The notes beneath the pieces were generated by a model. That model did not search any database. It saw only the letters and a program-made list of their open reading frames with translations, and was not told where the DNA came from. DNA of 64,000 nt from a virus, in IMG/VR virus record IMGVR_UViG_3300046779_002065, positions 64,276 to 128,275 of that record. The stretch is one strand, 5' to 3'. Shown here piece after piece: positions 48,824-58,041 of the stretch; the first letter of the stretch is position 1, and each line of letters starts with the position of its first letter. The position numbers and the translations under genes were made by a program.

Positions 48824-51550
48824 CTATTCTTTCTTAGTCTTGCTGTCGAATCGGTTCTTGTTTTCACGGGCGACCTGCACCTGTTTGTCTGCTATCTCCT
48901 TGCGGATTTGCAGCTCTTCACGCTTTAACTGATTCTTAGCTGATTCGGAGTTCTGACGATTGACGTTCTCTTCCCGGCGCAGGTTAATATCCTCCTGGTC
49001 TTTACGACGCTTGTCCAGGATATCCAGCGAATCCAGGTAATCATTCTGAGCGTTGTTGTTAAGGTCCTTCATGGCACCAAAACCAGCAGAACGTACTTCT
49101 GCGACATCCAACTCATTCTGACGATCCAGAGCTTTCTGTTCAGCTTCCCACTGAAGCTTCTGTTGCTGACGTTCACTTTCTGCCTGCTGACGCATTTCTT
49201 CCACCTGTTTAGCAGATTCCTGCGCTTGTTGCTGTTGCGCCTGCACCTTGGTTTCAACGTCTTTAAGCACATGTGTAATTTCAGCCATGCTTTCTGCTTT
49301 GATCAAGTTACCCAGATCATAGATCGATGCACCGCTGGTATTGTTACTCATTGCCAGCTGACGAATGTTTTCCATCACCTGACGCGTATTTACTTTCGTA
49401 GTACAGAAAATATTGAAGTCACGCATTAACAGGTCGGTTCCATTCATCTGGAAGTTAACCCGTTCGTCCATGGTGGTCATGTATTGCAGACGAACGCTTG
49501 GACGCTTGCTGTGGTAATACTGCGCCAGATCCGTACGCATCTGATGTACGCGCGGCATGAGGTATTCACAGTGCTGTACAAAGTACATCTCGGTTTGAGA
49601 ATAACTTTGGTTCATTGCCTGTTGCACGCCAGTAGCTGTTTCCTGTGCATTGACTGCACCCATACGTTGCGGAGTGATACCAATGGTTTCAAATGCTTGT
49701 TGCTTAAAGTAGTTTGCCAGCTGGATACGACTCATCAAACGCTGAGACTGCTCCAGGTTAAGTACCTGGTAGTGCTGGAAATTCAGTGCATTCTCTGTAT
49801 TGGTAATCGATGTATCAAGCGGTAACATCTGGAAGTCCTTCATTGCCACGTATGCTTTGGCAAAGTTGTTACGACCCCAGTCCTCTCCCATAGAATGCTT
49901 AGGAAGTGCGTTCTGATCCATCATGATCACCGTACCGAGTTCATCGATCAGGATGTCTGCAATCTGGTTATTGACCATGTTGTAGCCGATCTGGTAGGGT
50001 TTCATCTTGTCGACCATGGAAACACTCTTACTGTTACGATCTGAGAATACAGATCCCTCTACAGGAAGTTTGCAACCGTATAAGGTAAAGTCACCCTTAA
50101 ACTGGAAGGGTAACGGTTTTAAGTTGAGGTAAATAGGTTGCACCCCATTAACGTCTGCAGAACCATAGAAGCTTGGACGGTTAGGTCCGATCTTAATACC
50201 GCTCCACACCTGGTTAATCCAGATCCAGTCAATGTGCTCACCAAAAACCAGTGTCTCTGAATTTTTGTTCTTATTGAGCGTGGTATTGTAAATAGGTTTC
50301 TCTGTGATCTTGTAATCTTCGGTAACTACTTCCTGGATGACCATACCATCTTCCTGCACTTTTGTCAAGTGACCCACCATGCGCTGTGATTTCCAGTACA
50401 CGGTCGTAACTCGTAACATCTGGTAGGTACCATAGTCAAACAAGTCTTCACTTTGTGAGGTGATCTGCGTAATCAAATCGTCTCCCATGTTCAGGAAACT
50501 ATCCGTTACGCTCATGAACTGACGCATTCCCAAAGACGGCATGTTGGTGTTCCACTCGTAGGAGCGCGTAGCGTCATAGAAGGAACCATCATTTTGCTGA
50601 CCCAGGATTGGATAACCAGCTGATTTTACCGGGTAGATGTGTTCGAGTGCCTGGAGTTGTTCATCATCCATCATGTAACCATACTTGTCGATAATATCGC
50701 TCAGGGTGGCGAGTTCTACTTTACCTACCCAGTTACCTTGAGACACATAACGTACATCGGGAGATTTGTGGTAGAACGTTAATACAGGATTCCAAAGTTC
50801 CAGTTCGTAGTCTTCTTCGAGCATACGGAAGTGCCAGAACTCGCGATCTGTCACCAGCATGTCGCGGAACCCGGTAGTTTCCAATTCTTTTAAATAAAAA
50901 CGTTCTTCGTCTACCTTGTGCTGATGGGTTGCCCACTGCTCATACATGGAACGGTAGGTCTTGCTGAAAAACTGCTGGATCTCCGGTAGACTTTTTACCT
51001 GCTGGTCCATCTGCTCCTGGAACTGTGGATCATTTGGATCCGCTCCCTGAGCAATCATATTTTCCATTAACTTCTGCTCCGCCTGTGCAATAAGGTAGTC
51101 CTCAATCATAGCACGTTTCTCTTCCATCATTTCATTGTAGGACAAATCGTCCACAGCACGGTAGAGAATACGGTCAGTGCGTTTTGCAAACTCACCTACC
51201 ATTACGTTGACTACGTTGGGAATAATCGGATAGAACTTTAATTCCAACGCACTTTGATCTTCTTTAGTCAGAATCTCAATGAGTTCAGCTTCTTCATTAT
51301 CGTCACTCACCAGGTAGTCTGTTTTATCAATGAGACCATTGGCAAGTTTGTAGTTCTTCAGCAAGCGGCGTGCATTACGACGCAATTGCTTCAAACCTTG
51401 AAGTTCCAACCAGTCGACGTTCCACGCCGCCCATTCATCATCTTTATCCTTTTGCGGTAAAAACTGAACAGGTTGGGTTATTGTACCCATCTTGTTGTAA
51501 TCTGCTTTTGCACCGTTCTTGAGTTGCAGTGCGTTGTATATTTTAGGCAT
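48824..51550 (-). CDS. Portal protein
   Basis: 908 aa. YPIIPNVVNVMVGE, MKPYQ and IGITPQRMG motifs and a C-terminal coiled-coil barrel. Confidence 0.88.
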   Translation of the reverse strand: MPKIYNALQLKNGAKADYNKMGTITQPVQFLPQKDKDDEWAAWNVDWLELQGLKQLRRNARRLLKNYKLANGLIDKTDYLVSDDNEEAELIEILTKEDQSALELKFYPIIPNVVNVMVGEFAKRTDRILYRAVDDLSYNEMMEEKRAMIEDYLIAQAEQKLMENMIAQGADPNDPQFQEQMDQQVKSLPEIQQFFSKTYRSMYEQWATHQHKVDEERFYLKELETTGFRDMLVTDREFWHFRMLEEDYELELWNPVLTFYHKSPDVRYVSQGNWVGKVELATLSDIIDKYGYMMDDEQLQALEHIYPVKSAGYPILGQQNDGSFYDATRSYEWNTNMPSLGMRQFMSVTDSFLNMGDDLITQITSQSEDLFDYGTYQMLRVTTVYWKSQRMVGHLTKVQEDGMVIQEVVTEDYKITEKPIYNTTLNKNKNSETLVFGEHIDWIWINQVWSGIKIGPNRPSFYGSADVNGVQPIYLNLKPLPFQFKGDFTLYGCKLPVEGSVFSDRNSKSVSMVDKMKPYQIGYNMVNNQIADILIDELGTVIMMDQNALPKHSMGEDWGRNNFAKAYVAMKDFQMLPLDTSITNTENALNFQHYQVLNLEQSQRLMSRIQLANYFKQQAFETIGITPQRMGAVNAQETATGVQQAMNQSYSQTEMYFVQHCEYLMPRVHQMRTDLAQYYHSKRPSVRLQYMTTMDERVNFQMNGTDLLMRDFNIFCTTKVNTRQVMENIRQLAMSNNTSGASIYDLGNLIKAESMAEITHVLKDVETKVQAQQQQAQESAKQVEEMRQQAESERQQQKLQWEAEQKALDRQNELDVAEVRSAGFGAMKDLNNNAQNDYLDSLDILDKRRKDQEDINLRREENVNRQNSESAKNQLKREELQIRKEIADKQVQVARENKNRFDSKTKKE

Positions 51551-51553
51551 CTT

Positions 51554-51934
51554 TTATAATTTCTTTAAACTGTTAGCATCCACATAACCTGATAATCCGC
51601 CAGATAAAACACCTGTATCTGCTAGTAAGCTGATACCGCCAGGCAGTGTACCTGATGAATAACTCAAACCAGATGCTGCTTCATGTCTGCGAATAACTTG
51701 AGTATTGCTAGGAGGAGGGAATGGAGAGCTTGGTGTCTTTAAAAACTCTTCAATCAATCTTTGAACCATGTCTCTAGGTAATGCATCTGGTTGTGCTTCC
51801 GGAACTGGTGGATTGTTGATTAACAACTCCTGCTGCATAATGGACAGCTCGTCACTGGAGATGTGTCCGTTGTTGAACAATCGTCCCAGGATATTAATGA
51901 TGGTTTCTTTTGGAGAGAGGGTTGTCGTTTCCAT
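51554..51934 (-). CDS. Hypothetical protein between terminase and portal
   Basis: 126 aa, TAATG-coupled to the terminase stop. Confidence 0.6.
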   Translation of the reverse strand: METTTLSPKETIINILGRLFNNGHISSDELSIMQQELLINNPPVPEAQPDALPRDMVQRLIEEFLKTPSSPFPPPSNTQVIRRHEAASGLSYSSGTLPGGISLLADTGVLSGGLSGYVDANSLKKL

Positions 51935-54150
51935 TAGCGAAGGTTCTTATACGGATTGCGTTTGACTTTGTATTTCTCGTCGACACCAGGTCTGTATCGC
52001 TCGATGTTACGAAAGGGGGACATATTTAATTTACTCATATTATTTGACATTTGTGCTTTATTAGCATCTTCATATTCTACTTTTTTTGCATTACCTCTAT
52101 TTGACTGCTGCACTTTTGCAAATGCAATCAATGCACAATAAGCAACTAACCTATCGACGTTCATACCTTCACGGTATGCTTGCATCTCTTTGCATATCAT
52201 TAAATCAGGGATTCGTTCAATACCGTAGCGCACTTTTTTAATGTTACCCTCGGTATCAACCTCTTCATCAATCTTTTCACTTAAATATTGAATACCGTAT
52301 TCAAGAAGGTTTGTCTTAAAGATTGTTCCTACGTTACGCCATCCGTAATCCTGGAACACGTTGGTATTGCTACCTAAATCTTTGAGGAATGCAATCTGGT
52401 TTTTAGGAACCAGGTATTTTTGTTTACGTCTGCGAATCATGTGCTGAATAAATCCGGTAACGTTATTCTCGCACACGGTCCATGCATTGTATGCTTCGAT
52501 CAAGAGTTCACAGAGTTCATGGGTATCATTGATGTCATCAAACCTGCCACACCAGGTAGCAACAATCTTGTCCTGTTCAATGATGTGTTCAATCGTTCCA
52601 TCCTGTTTGTGAATGACACGTTCCAATGGATTTTTGTAAATAATCAGTGAACACAGTGAATCACTGGTGGTGGTTTTACCGTCACGCACCGGGTCCATAG
52701 AGGCGTAGTATGTTCCCCAGGGTGCGTCGGGTATCGGACGTTCGTACATCTCGATAGCACCTTCCTTGTTTTCGGTTTTAGGAGAGATCGGAAATTCCCG
52801 GATGGGAAGCTTGCGGGTATTCTTAATGACTACTTTTCCCTGGTCGTTGCGTTCCAGCTCCACGTTTTCGCTGAAATATTCTTTTTCCTCGATGCGTCTA
52901 AGTTGGTTGCTGACAAGATGTTGCGGAAACACACTTTGCTTTCGATACGCAAAAGCTTCTTCAATATTGGTCGGTTTTTGTGAAATACGAAGCTGGTAGT
53001 CACCCGGTTTCATCTTACGTTTCCACTCCTCCCGTTCAGCTTTGATCATGCGCAGAGCGTCTTCTACCTGGGAGTTACCGTAGGCATCGATGCAGGGAAG
53101 CATACTCCACTGCTCCGGGATAAACAACCCGCACATACCGATAGAACCTTTAGCGTCTACCAGGTTGGTTTCTACTGCAAGAATGTCTTTACTGTCTGGT
53201 TGAAGGATTAAATCTTTGAGCGGATCACACTGCTCCAGATCACCCACTGATCCTGCCACGGCAAACATCCCGGTATACACCATACCAGACTTGAGAGCTG
53301 GAAGCAGGTACTCCAGTGTTTCGTTCATCTTGGGAGCAATACCTGCTTCCTCGTGAAAGAAAAACTTACACGGACCACCGACACCATTGGTTGGATCTTT
53401 ATCCAGGGACAGACCAATGAGTACGGATTTGAGACCCACGTCCTTTTTTCGACCACCGGTGTTAACCTCAATCTTTTGTTCCCAGTTTAGTACTTTGTCC
53501 GGGTTACAGGGACGATACCAAGCAGTATGGGTGTTAAGGAAATTTCGGTATTCTTCCAGGAAACGCCAGGTACCTTTTTCGTTGATGTAATCCTTTAGCG
53601 ATCCTGCCATCTTGTTTACAGCACCTTCTTCAAACCAGAAGATGTTGATAATCTTTGCAGCGTGGTAATAGGAAGAAGCAATCTGACGCTTTTTAAGAAT
53701 AGCTACGTGTTTGTAACTCCATTCAGCGAGAGCTTCATAGAGCTGCATGTGGTACTGCGCATCCCGGATATCGGCAAACGTGAACTTACCGACCTCTTTG
53801 TTGTAGATCGGCAGAAAGTTTAACCACATGTAATAATCCCGGTTAAGAAACCAGCTCTGACCTTTGAGTCCCTTTACAATGATTCCTTTGCGGCAACGAT
53901 TTTTCTGTTCGTCCCAGTAGGTCATAAAGTCTTTAGAACGCACCGGTGCAATACAATACACCCCTTCTTTACGAAAGCGTACACCTTCAGCGTTAAATAT
54001 TTTGGATCCTTCGTCAAAATCGTATTGACCAGGTTCCTTCCAGATGCTCCACAGAAACGCTACAAAGTCTGCACGGCTGGCAAACGATGTAGTGCTCCAG
54101 CTTTCCGAGACAGCATCATAGGTAGGGATGTCTTGTATAAATTCACTCAT
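51934..54150 (-). CDS. terL: Terminase large subunit
   Basis: 738 aa. Deviant Walker A (LKKRQIASSY), Walker B (FFHEEAG) and nuclease motifs (ASMDP, ENN, DRL). Confidence 0.9.
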   Translation of the reverse strand: MSEFIQDIPTYDAVSESWSTTSFASRADFVAFLWSIWKEPGQYDFDEGSKIFNAEGVRFRKEGVYCIAPVRSKDFMTYWDEQKNRCRKGIIVKGLKGQSWFLNRDYYMWLNFLPIYNKEVGKFTFADIRDAQYHMQLYEALAEWSYKHVAILKKRQIASSYYHAAKIINIFWFEEGAVNKMAGSLKDYINEKGTWRFLEEYRNFLNTHTAWYRPCNPDKVLNWEQKIEVNTGGRKKDVGLKSVLIGLSLDKDPTNGVGGPCKFFFHEEAGIAPKMNETLEYLLPALKSGMVYTGMFAVAGSVGDLEQCDPLKDLILQPDSKDILAVETNLVDAKGSIGMCGLFIPEQWSMLPCIDAYGNSQVEDALRMIKAEREEWKRKMKPGDYQLRISQKPTNIEEAFAYRKQSVFPQHLVSNQLRRIEEKEYFSENVELERNDQGKVVIKNTRKLPIREFPISPKTENKEGAIEMYERPIPDAPWGTYYASMDPVRDGKTTTSDSLCSLIIYKNPLERVIHKQDGTIEHIIEQDKIVATWCGRFDDINDTHELCELLIEAYNAWTVCENNVTGFIQHMIRRRKQKYLVPKNQIAFLKDLGSNTNVFQDYGWRNVGTIFKTNLLEYGIQYLSEKIDEEVDTEGNIKKVRYGIERIPDLMICKEMQAYREGMNVDRLVAYCALIAFAKVQQSNRGNAKKVEYEDANKAQMSNNMSKLNMSPFRNIERYRPGVDEKYKVKRNPYKNLR

Positions 54151-54404
54151 TCTAGTTGTGCAATCTTTGCAGGAAGTAGTGTGTAAAGTTTCTTGCAGAG
54201 GTTTACAGAAAGCATTTTACCCTCCCATCCAGGACGTGGATCTGCAAAAAAGTCAATAACAAATGACACAATCTCAGGCGTCGACATTGTTTTTACCTTT
54301 TCGTAGGATAATGTGCATTGCTGACCTTCAGCGTTGAAAAGCATTTCTTTAAAAAGATTGTCTCCGATAATGGACAAGTCGTTGATGAGATCGGTTTGGT
54401 TCAT
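54147..54404 (-). CDS. Hypothetical protein
   Basis: 85 aa with ATGA overlaps on both sides. Confidence 0.65.
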   Translation of the reverse strand: MNQTDLINDLSIIGDNLFKEMLFNAEGQQCTLSYEKVKTMSTPEIVSFVIDFFADPRPGWEGKMLSVNLCKKLYTLLPAKIAQLE

Positions 54405-54604
54405 ATATTTTTTATCAGATCAGCTTCGCCTTTGGTTTGTTTAAGAATCTCCATCAGAGTTTTTGGTTCTTTGGATTTCAAAATGGGGTATTTAGTGTCT
54501 GTACCATTCCAGTATGCACTGTGATCTTCACGGTGAAACGCATACCATAAATTAGTGTGGTGGTTGTAATGAAATAACCAGTTATAAAATATATTCTCGT
54601 TCAT
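54401..54604 (-). CDS. Small aromatic-rich hypothetical protein
   Basis: Likely start is MNENIFYNWLFHYNHH at 54604, 1 nt after the upstream stop; 67 aa. Confidence 0.65.
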   Translation of the reverse strand: MNENIFYNWLFHYNHHTNLWYAFHREDHSAYWNGTDTKYPILKSKEPKTLMEILKQTKGEADLIKNI

Positions 54605-54605
54605 A

Positions 54606-55121
54606 TTACATTTGATCGTAAGAGAGTTGCGTTCCGCCACGGGTGTGACCTTTTTGTTCTTCCTGCAAGTCTTTGTAGGCACCTTTGAACGATGCACGAA
54701 TTGCTTCAAACTTTGCTGCAGCATTGACCAGCGAGTTGATATTACCATCACGACCGTGCTCGATAGGGGTATTTCCCATGTAGGTTGCCAATCGGTCAAG
54801 CATGGTTTTGATTCCCATGTATGCGCGCATGGTAGGGGTCTCATACAATTTTCTGCAGAATGCAAGAGCTTTAATGATCTCCAGATCTTCCAGACTGAAA
54901 TCCGCATCTATTTCTCGCATGATGATTTCTTCTTTATCCTGCTCGGGTAAATCAAAGAATGGATTGATTTCAGGAGACGGACAAGACATGTAAAACAGGT
55001 ATGCGTAGATTTTCATAAACTCATCCGGATAATGCTTCATTATTCCGTGCAGCGTCGGTAAGGTGTAGCAATGTTCCGTTGGAACCACTACACCGTTTTG
55101 TACATCAAAAAGTCTGATCAT
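54606..55121 (-). CDS. Conserved helical protein, possible terminase small subunit
   Basis: 171 aa just upstream of terL, ending in RGG. Function inferred from position. Confidence 0.45.
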   Translation of the reverse strand: MIRLFDVQNGVVVPTEHCYTLPTLHGIMKHYPDEFMKIYAYLFYMSCPSPEINPFFDLPEQDKEEIIMREIDADFSLEDLEIIKALAFCRKLYETPTMRAYMGIKTMLDRLATYMGNTPIEHGRDGNINSLVNAAAKFEAIRASFKGAYKDLQEEQKGHTRGGTQLSYDQM

Positions 55122-55957
55122 TTGCGTTTAGAAAATTTCTGTGGGTTGTCTTGTACCATGTGCATGATCGCAATCACTTCGTCTCTGAGATAAGGCATGT
55201 GGTATTCGATGACATCTTTGACGATCGGTTTGCCGTTCTCATCCTGGAGAGTAATGGGAAATCCGTACATGTCTTTTTGGTCCCGCTCTTCAAAGGTTAC
55301 ATGTCGGATAACCAGATCGCCAAACTCCAGTTTAGGATTGTGTTTGAGGATCATGTACATGTAAATGGAAAGCTGCAGGTTGTAATGATTGTAGTTGCAA
55401 TCGTCCAGGTGAGTTACCGGCGACAGCATTTTCTCGCTGATTCCTTCCCAGTTTTTAAAACTCTGACGTTTGATTTCCTTATTTGTCTTGTAGTCAGTGA
55501 TATAGACTTTTCCTTTGATTACTTCTACCAGGTCACTCTGACCACAAACACCAGCAGACTTTAAGTACACCATGTGTTCAGGATAGATACCATCCTGTAA
55601 TTTTTGTGTTGGTGCCATCTTGCGACCATCTCCGTCGAAGATGGGTGCGATCACGGGTAACTCAACACCTTGCTGAACAATGGTTTTAAAACTTAAGAGT
55701 TCTTCTTCCCGCTGGTTGTGGTAGTAGGTTCCCAGATCACATGCACGATCTGCTTCTGCTTTCCATGCTTTCTGAATGTCTTCTACTGACATTCCATACC
55801 ACTTGCTTTTAGCATTCTTTGCACTTTTGGTAGCAATGTTTTTGCCGTCAAATGGTTTTTTAAAATGAGAGAGAAGCGTCGTTACGCTGATCCATCGTTG
55901 ATCAGACTCCGTTGAAATATAGGAATGGGTTTCAGGTTCAAATATTAATGCGTCCAT
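55118..55957 (-). CDS. PD-(D/E)XK (Cas4/RecB-like) nuclease
   Basis: SVTT, GT..H, GQSD, DYKT and QLSIY motifs. Confidence 0.85.
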   Translation of the reverse strand: MDALIFEPETHSYISTESDQRWISVTTLLSHFKKPFDGKNIATKSAKNAKSKWYGMSVEDIQKAWKAEADRACDLGTYYHNQREEELLSFKTIVQQGVELPVIAPIFDGDGRKMAPTQKLQDGIYPEHMVYLKSAGVCGQSDLVEVIKGKVYITDYKTNKEIKRQSFKNWEGISEKMLSPVTHLDDCNYNHYNLQLSIYMYMILKHNPKLEFGDLVIRHVTFEERDQKDMYGFPITLQDENGKPIVKDVIEYHMPYLRDEVIAIMHMVQDNPQKFSKRK

Positions 55958-55970
55958 AGGGTTGGATTAG

Positions 55971-56041
55971 TTGTCCCGAGAGGATTCGAACCTCTACGCT
56001 CTGAGTCAAAGTCAGATGAACTGCCGTTATTCTACAGGACA
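55971..56041 (-). tRNA. tRNA-Gln(TTG)
   Basis: Acceptor TGTCCTG/CGGGACA, anticodon arm TCTGA-CTTTGAC-TCAGA, T arm AGAGG-TTCGAAT-CCTCT. No encoded CCA. Confidence 0.92.
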
Positions 56042-56044
56042 ATG

Positions 56045-56121
56045 TGGTTGCGGGAGTGGTAATCGAAACCACCTAGTGGAGCTTATGAGACTCCCGAGTG
56101 CACCAGCTCTACTTTCCCGCA
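56045..56121 (-). tRNA. tRNA-Met(CAT)
   Basis: Acceptor TGCGGGA/TCCCGCA plus ACCA, anticodon arm GGAGT-CTCATAA-GCTCC. D arm is atypical. Confidence 0.82.
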
Positions 56122-56153
56122 ATGTATCCCGGATCACTGCTCCGGGAAGGCAG

Positions 56154-56471
56154 TTATTCTTTGGGTTCCATGACAATCTGCGTCTTGGATGCAAGCTTAT
56201 AAAGAGCAATAAACGCATGAGGTGAAAACACCTCCAGCTCACCACCTTTATGTTGCACAATCCAATCACCATGCGTCACGGTCACAATTCCTGTTTTCGT
56301 AGGGATGTCGTACTCGTACTTTTTACCCACTACACGGATCTGATAGTCTGTGTTACAAGCTTCCAGGAAATTGCTTGTGTGTGTAGTATTGTTTCCCGTG
56401 AACTCGTGTGCAGCCACTCGTGTTCTGGACAGTCCACTAGGGACGATTCTACGATACTGGAAATAGAACAT
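56154..56471 (-). CDS. PGDYG-like small phage protein
   Basis: IPTKTG.VTVTHGDWIV..KGGELEVFSPHAFIALY resembles the widespread GDWII..GE.YPC.P..F..TY phage family. Confidence 0.6.
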   Translation of the reverse strand: MFYFQYRRIVPSGLSRTRVAAHEFTGNNTTHTSNFLEACNTDYQIRVVGKKYEYDIPTKTGIVTVTHGDWIVQHKGGELEVFSPHAFIALYKLASKTQIVMEPKE

Positions 56472-56472
56472 G

Positions 56473-56802
56473 TTATTTTACAATTACCCAATCTTCGCTG
56501 AGCATATCTGTTTGAGATGCTAACCATCCCATTAAGATTTTGTCATCAGCCGTTTTAAACAAAATGTAGGGAAGTACATCTGCTGAACCTCCATTGCTTT
56601 CTGCAAACGCTTTTGAATGTTCGTTCCAAAATCCTTCGGCAGGTAATTTTGGTTGACCTTTTCCAAGAGCGATCCACATGTCTTTACCGTTCCAGCCTTG
56701 TCTGGCAACTTTGTGTCCTTGCTTGATCAGACGAATTGCCTGACCAAAGTCAAACTGACCACCGTTTAGAGGTTCTTGATCTGTGTATAGTTCTGTAGTC
56801 AT
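56473..56802 (-). CDS. DUF2829 / Tad2-family anti-defence sponge
   Basis: FGQAIRLIKQGHKVARQGWNGKDMWI...PYI...GWLASQTDMLSEDW. Likely start at 56802. Confidence 0.85.
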   Translation of the reverse strand: MTTELYTDQEPLNGGQFDFGQAIRLIKQGHKVARQGWNGKDMWIALGKGQPKLPAEGFWNEHSKAFAESNGGSADVLPYILFKTADDKILMGWLASQTDMLSEDWVIVK

Positions 56803-56806
56803 AGTC

Positions 56807-57094
56807 TTACCAAATAATGGAGATATCGCGTTCGCCAATCATCAGCTTTACACTATCATCGATAATAACCTTATCGGCGTGTACAAGAATCTGTGGTGTT
56901 ACATACACGTCGTCTCCGGGTTTAACTTTAGTTACATCTTCACCGACAGCAAACACTTCAAGTGATTTTAACTGTGCGATGAATTCTTGCTGTACTCTAG
57001 TTTTTACTTCGTCAGTTAATTCAATAACTGAAGGTTCTGGTGCAGGAGGAATCGTTAACAAGATTCTACTTCCTAATATTTTCATTTCACTCAT
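56807..57094 (-). CDS. groES: GroES-like co-chaperonin
   Basis: LGSRILL...EVFAVGEDVTKVKPGDDV...MIGERDI. Confidence 0.78.
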   Translation of the reverse strand: MSEMKILGSRILLTIPPAPEPSVIELTDEVKTRVQQEFIAQLKSLEVFAVGEDVTKVKPGDDVYVTPQILVHADKVIIDDSVKLMIGERDISIIW

Positions 57095-57097
57095 GGT

Positions 57098-57352
57098 TTA
57101 CTTTTGCCAGGTTGCTGCTTTTACTGCCCACATTTGAGCTGTCTGTGCTTCTGTGATAGCGATGGAACACATGCGCTGTACTTCAGGGTCCCTGGAGCTT
57201 TCGCGAATAAAGTTGATGTGATCAATAGCGGTCGCAAAGTCCTTCTTGATCTCATTGACTGTAGGATGTCCTCCAGGATTGAAAGACAATCCAACCGCCT
57301 TTTCACCGTAAGTCAACTCACGGTTGGTTGTTGGTAATGTTTCTGTTGTCAT
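57098..57352 (-). CDS. Acb2/Tad1-like cyclic-nucleotide sponge
   Basis: 84 aa from ATG 57352. Helical hairpin ending R.CSIAITEAQTAQMWAVKA, with an N-terminal FNP motif. Confidence 0.72.
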   Translation of the reverse strand: MTTETLPTTNRELTYGEKAVGLSFNPGGHPTVNEIKKDFATAIDHINFIRESSRDPEVQRMCSIAITEAQTAQMWAVKAATWQK

Positions 57353-57368
57353 AATGTTGGTTTTATGT

Positions 57369-57443
57369 TGGAGCTTCTTCCTGGAGTCGAACCAGGTTAT
57401 CATGATTACAAGTCATGCGCATCGCCGTCAATGCTTAAGAAGC
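57369..57443 (-). tRNA. tRNA-Thr(TGT)
   Basis: Acceptor GCTTCTT/AAGAAGC plus TCCA, anticodon arm CATGA-CTTGTAA-TCATG, T arm CCTGG-TTCGACT-CCAGG. Confidence 0.95.
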
Positions 57444-57586
57444 GTGTAGGAAGCACTCAAAACTTCCTGTTGGTGGTTTATCTGATAGTATATCAAAAGG
57501 ACATTGACTCCAGATCAGGTTCTATGGTTACTTACCATAGCGGGGATAGGCAGCGCACCACTTTCACCTGTAACGCCGAACGAGTT

Positions 57587-58015
57587 TGGTGGAGATGGGC
57601 GGTATCGAACCGCCGTCCAGATAAAGCAGCAGATATGTACAGTTATTTACATGCTTAGCACTGAATCAAACTTCTCGCGTCCAAATGGTTATGGACCGTG
57701 GTGTTTCATTCTGCACCGTAAAGGGTTGACCGAAGTCAAATTCCACCACCTGGTTTTAGCTATCAAGTGTGAAACCAGGAAAGTCCACTTCGAGCAGGGA
57801 CACCCTGCTCCGCTTGTCATTTTGGATCAGGGATGACTCCCCGTGACTTAGGCTGCCATGTCGTATTCGTTCACGAATTCGATTGCATCTTCAAAAGTCA
57901 TTTCAGATAATTCTACGTTGCCGTTTAATTGTTTAATACGTGATTAAAGAGAACAGTATCATCTCTCTGCATGTGTACATGTCCCCGACAATCCTGTCGA
58001 ATCCATTTCATCCCC
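57587..58015 (-). ncRNA. ssrA: tmRNA (429 nt)
   Basis: 5' GGGGATGAAATGGATTCGAC and 3' GGCGG-TTCGATA-CCGCC-CATCTCCACCA, with a G3:U Ala identity pair. Tag frame 57922-57848 encodes GNVELSEMTFEDAIEFVNEYDMAA*. Confidence 0.93.
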
Positions 58016-58041
58016 ATAATTCAAAGAACGTGTTGGTTGGT

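Noticed and set aside
45750-54150. Introns or inteins in terL, portal or MCP
   Set aside because: The ORFs are continuous, of expected size, and show no intein or homing-endonuclease motifs.
55118-55957. Cas4-like nuclease as evidence of CRISPR
   Set aside because: No array or other cas genes are seen; solo PD-(D/E)XK nucleases are common in these phages.
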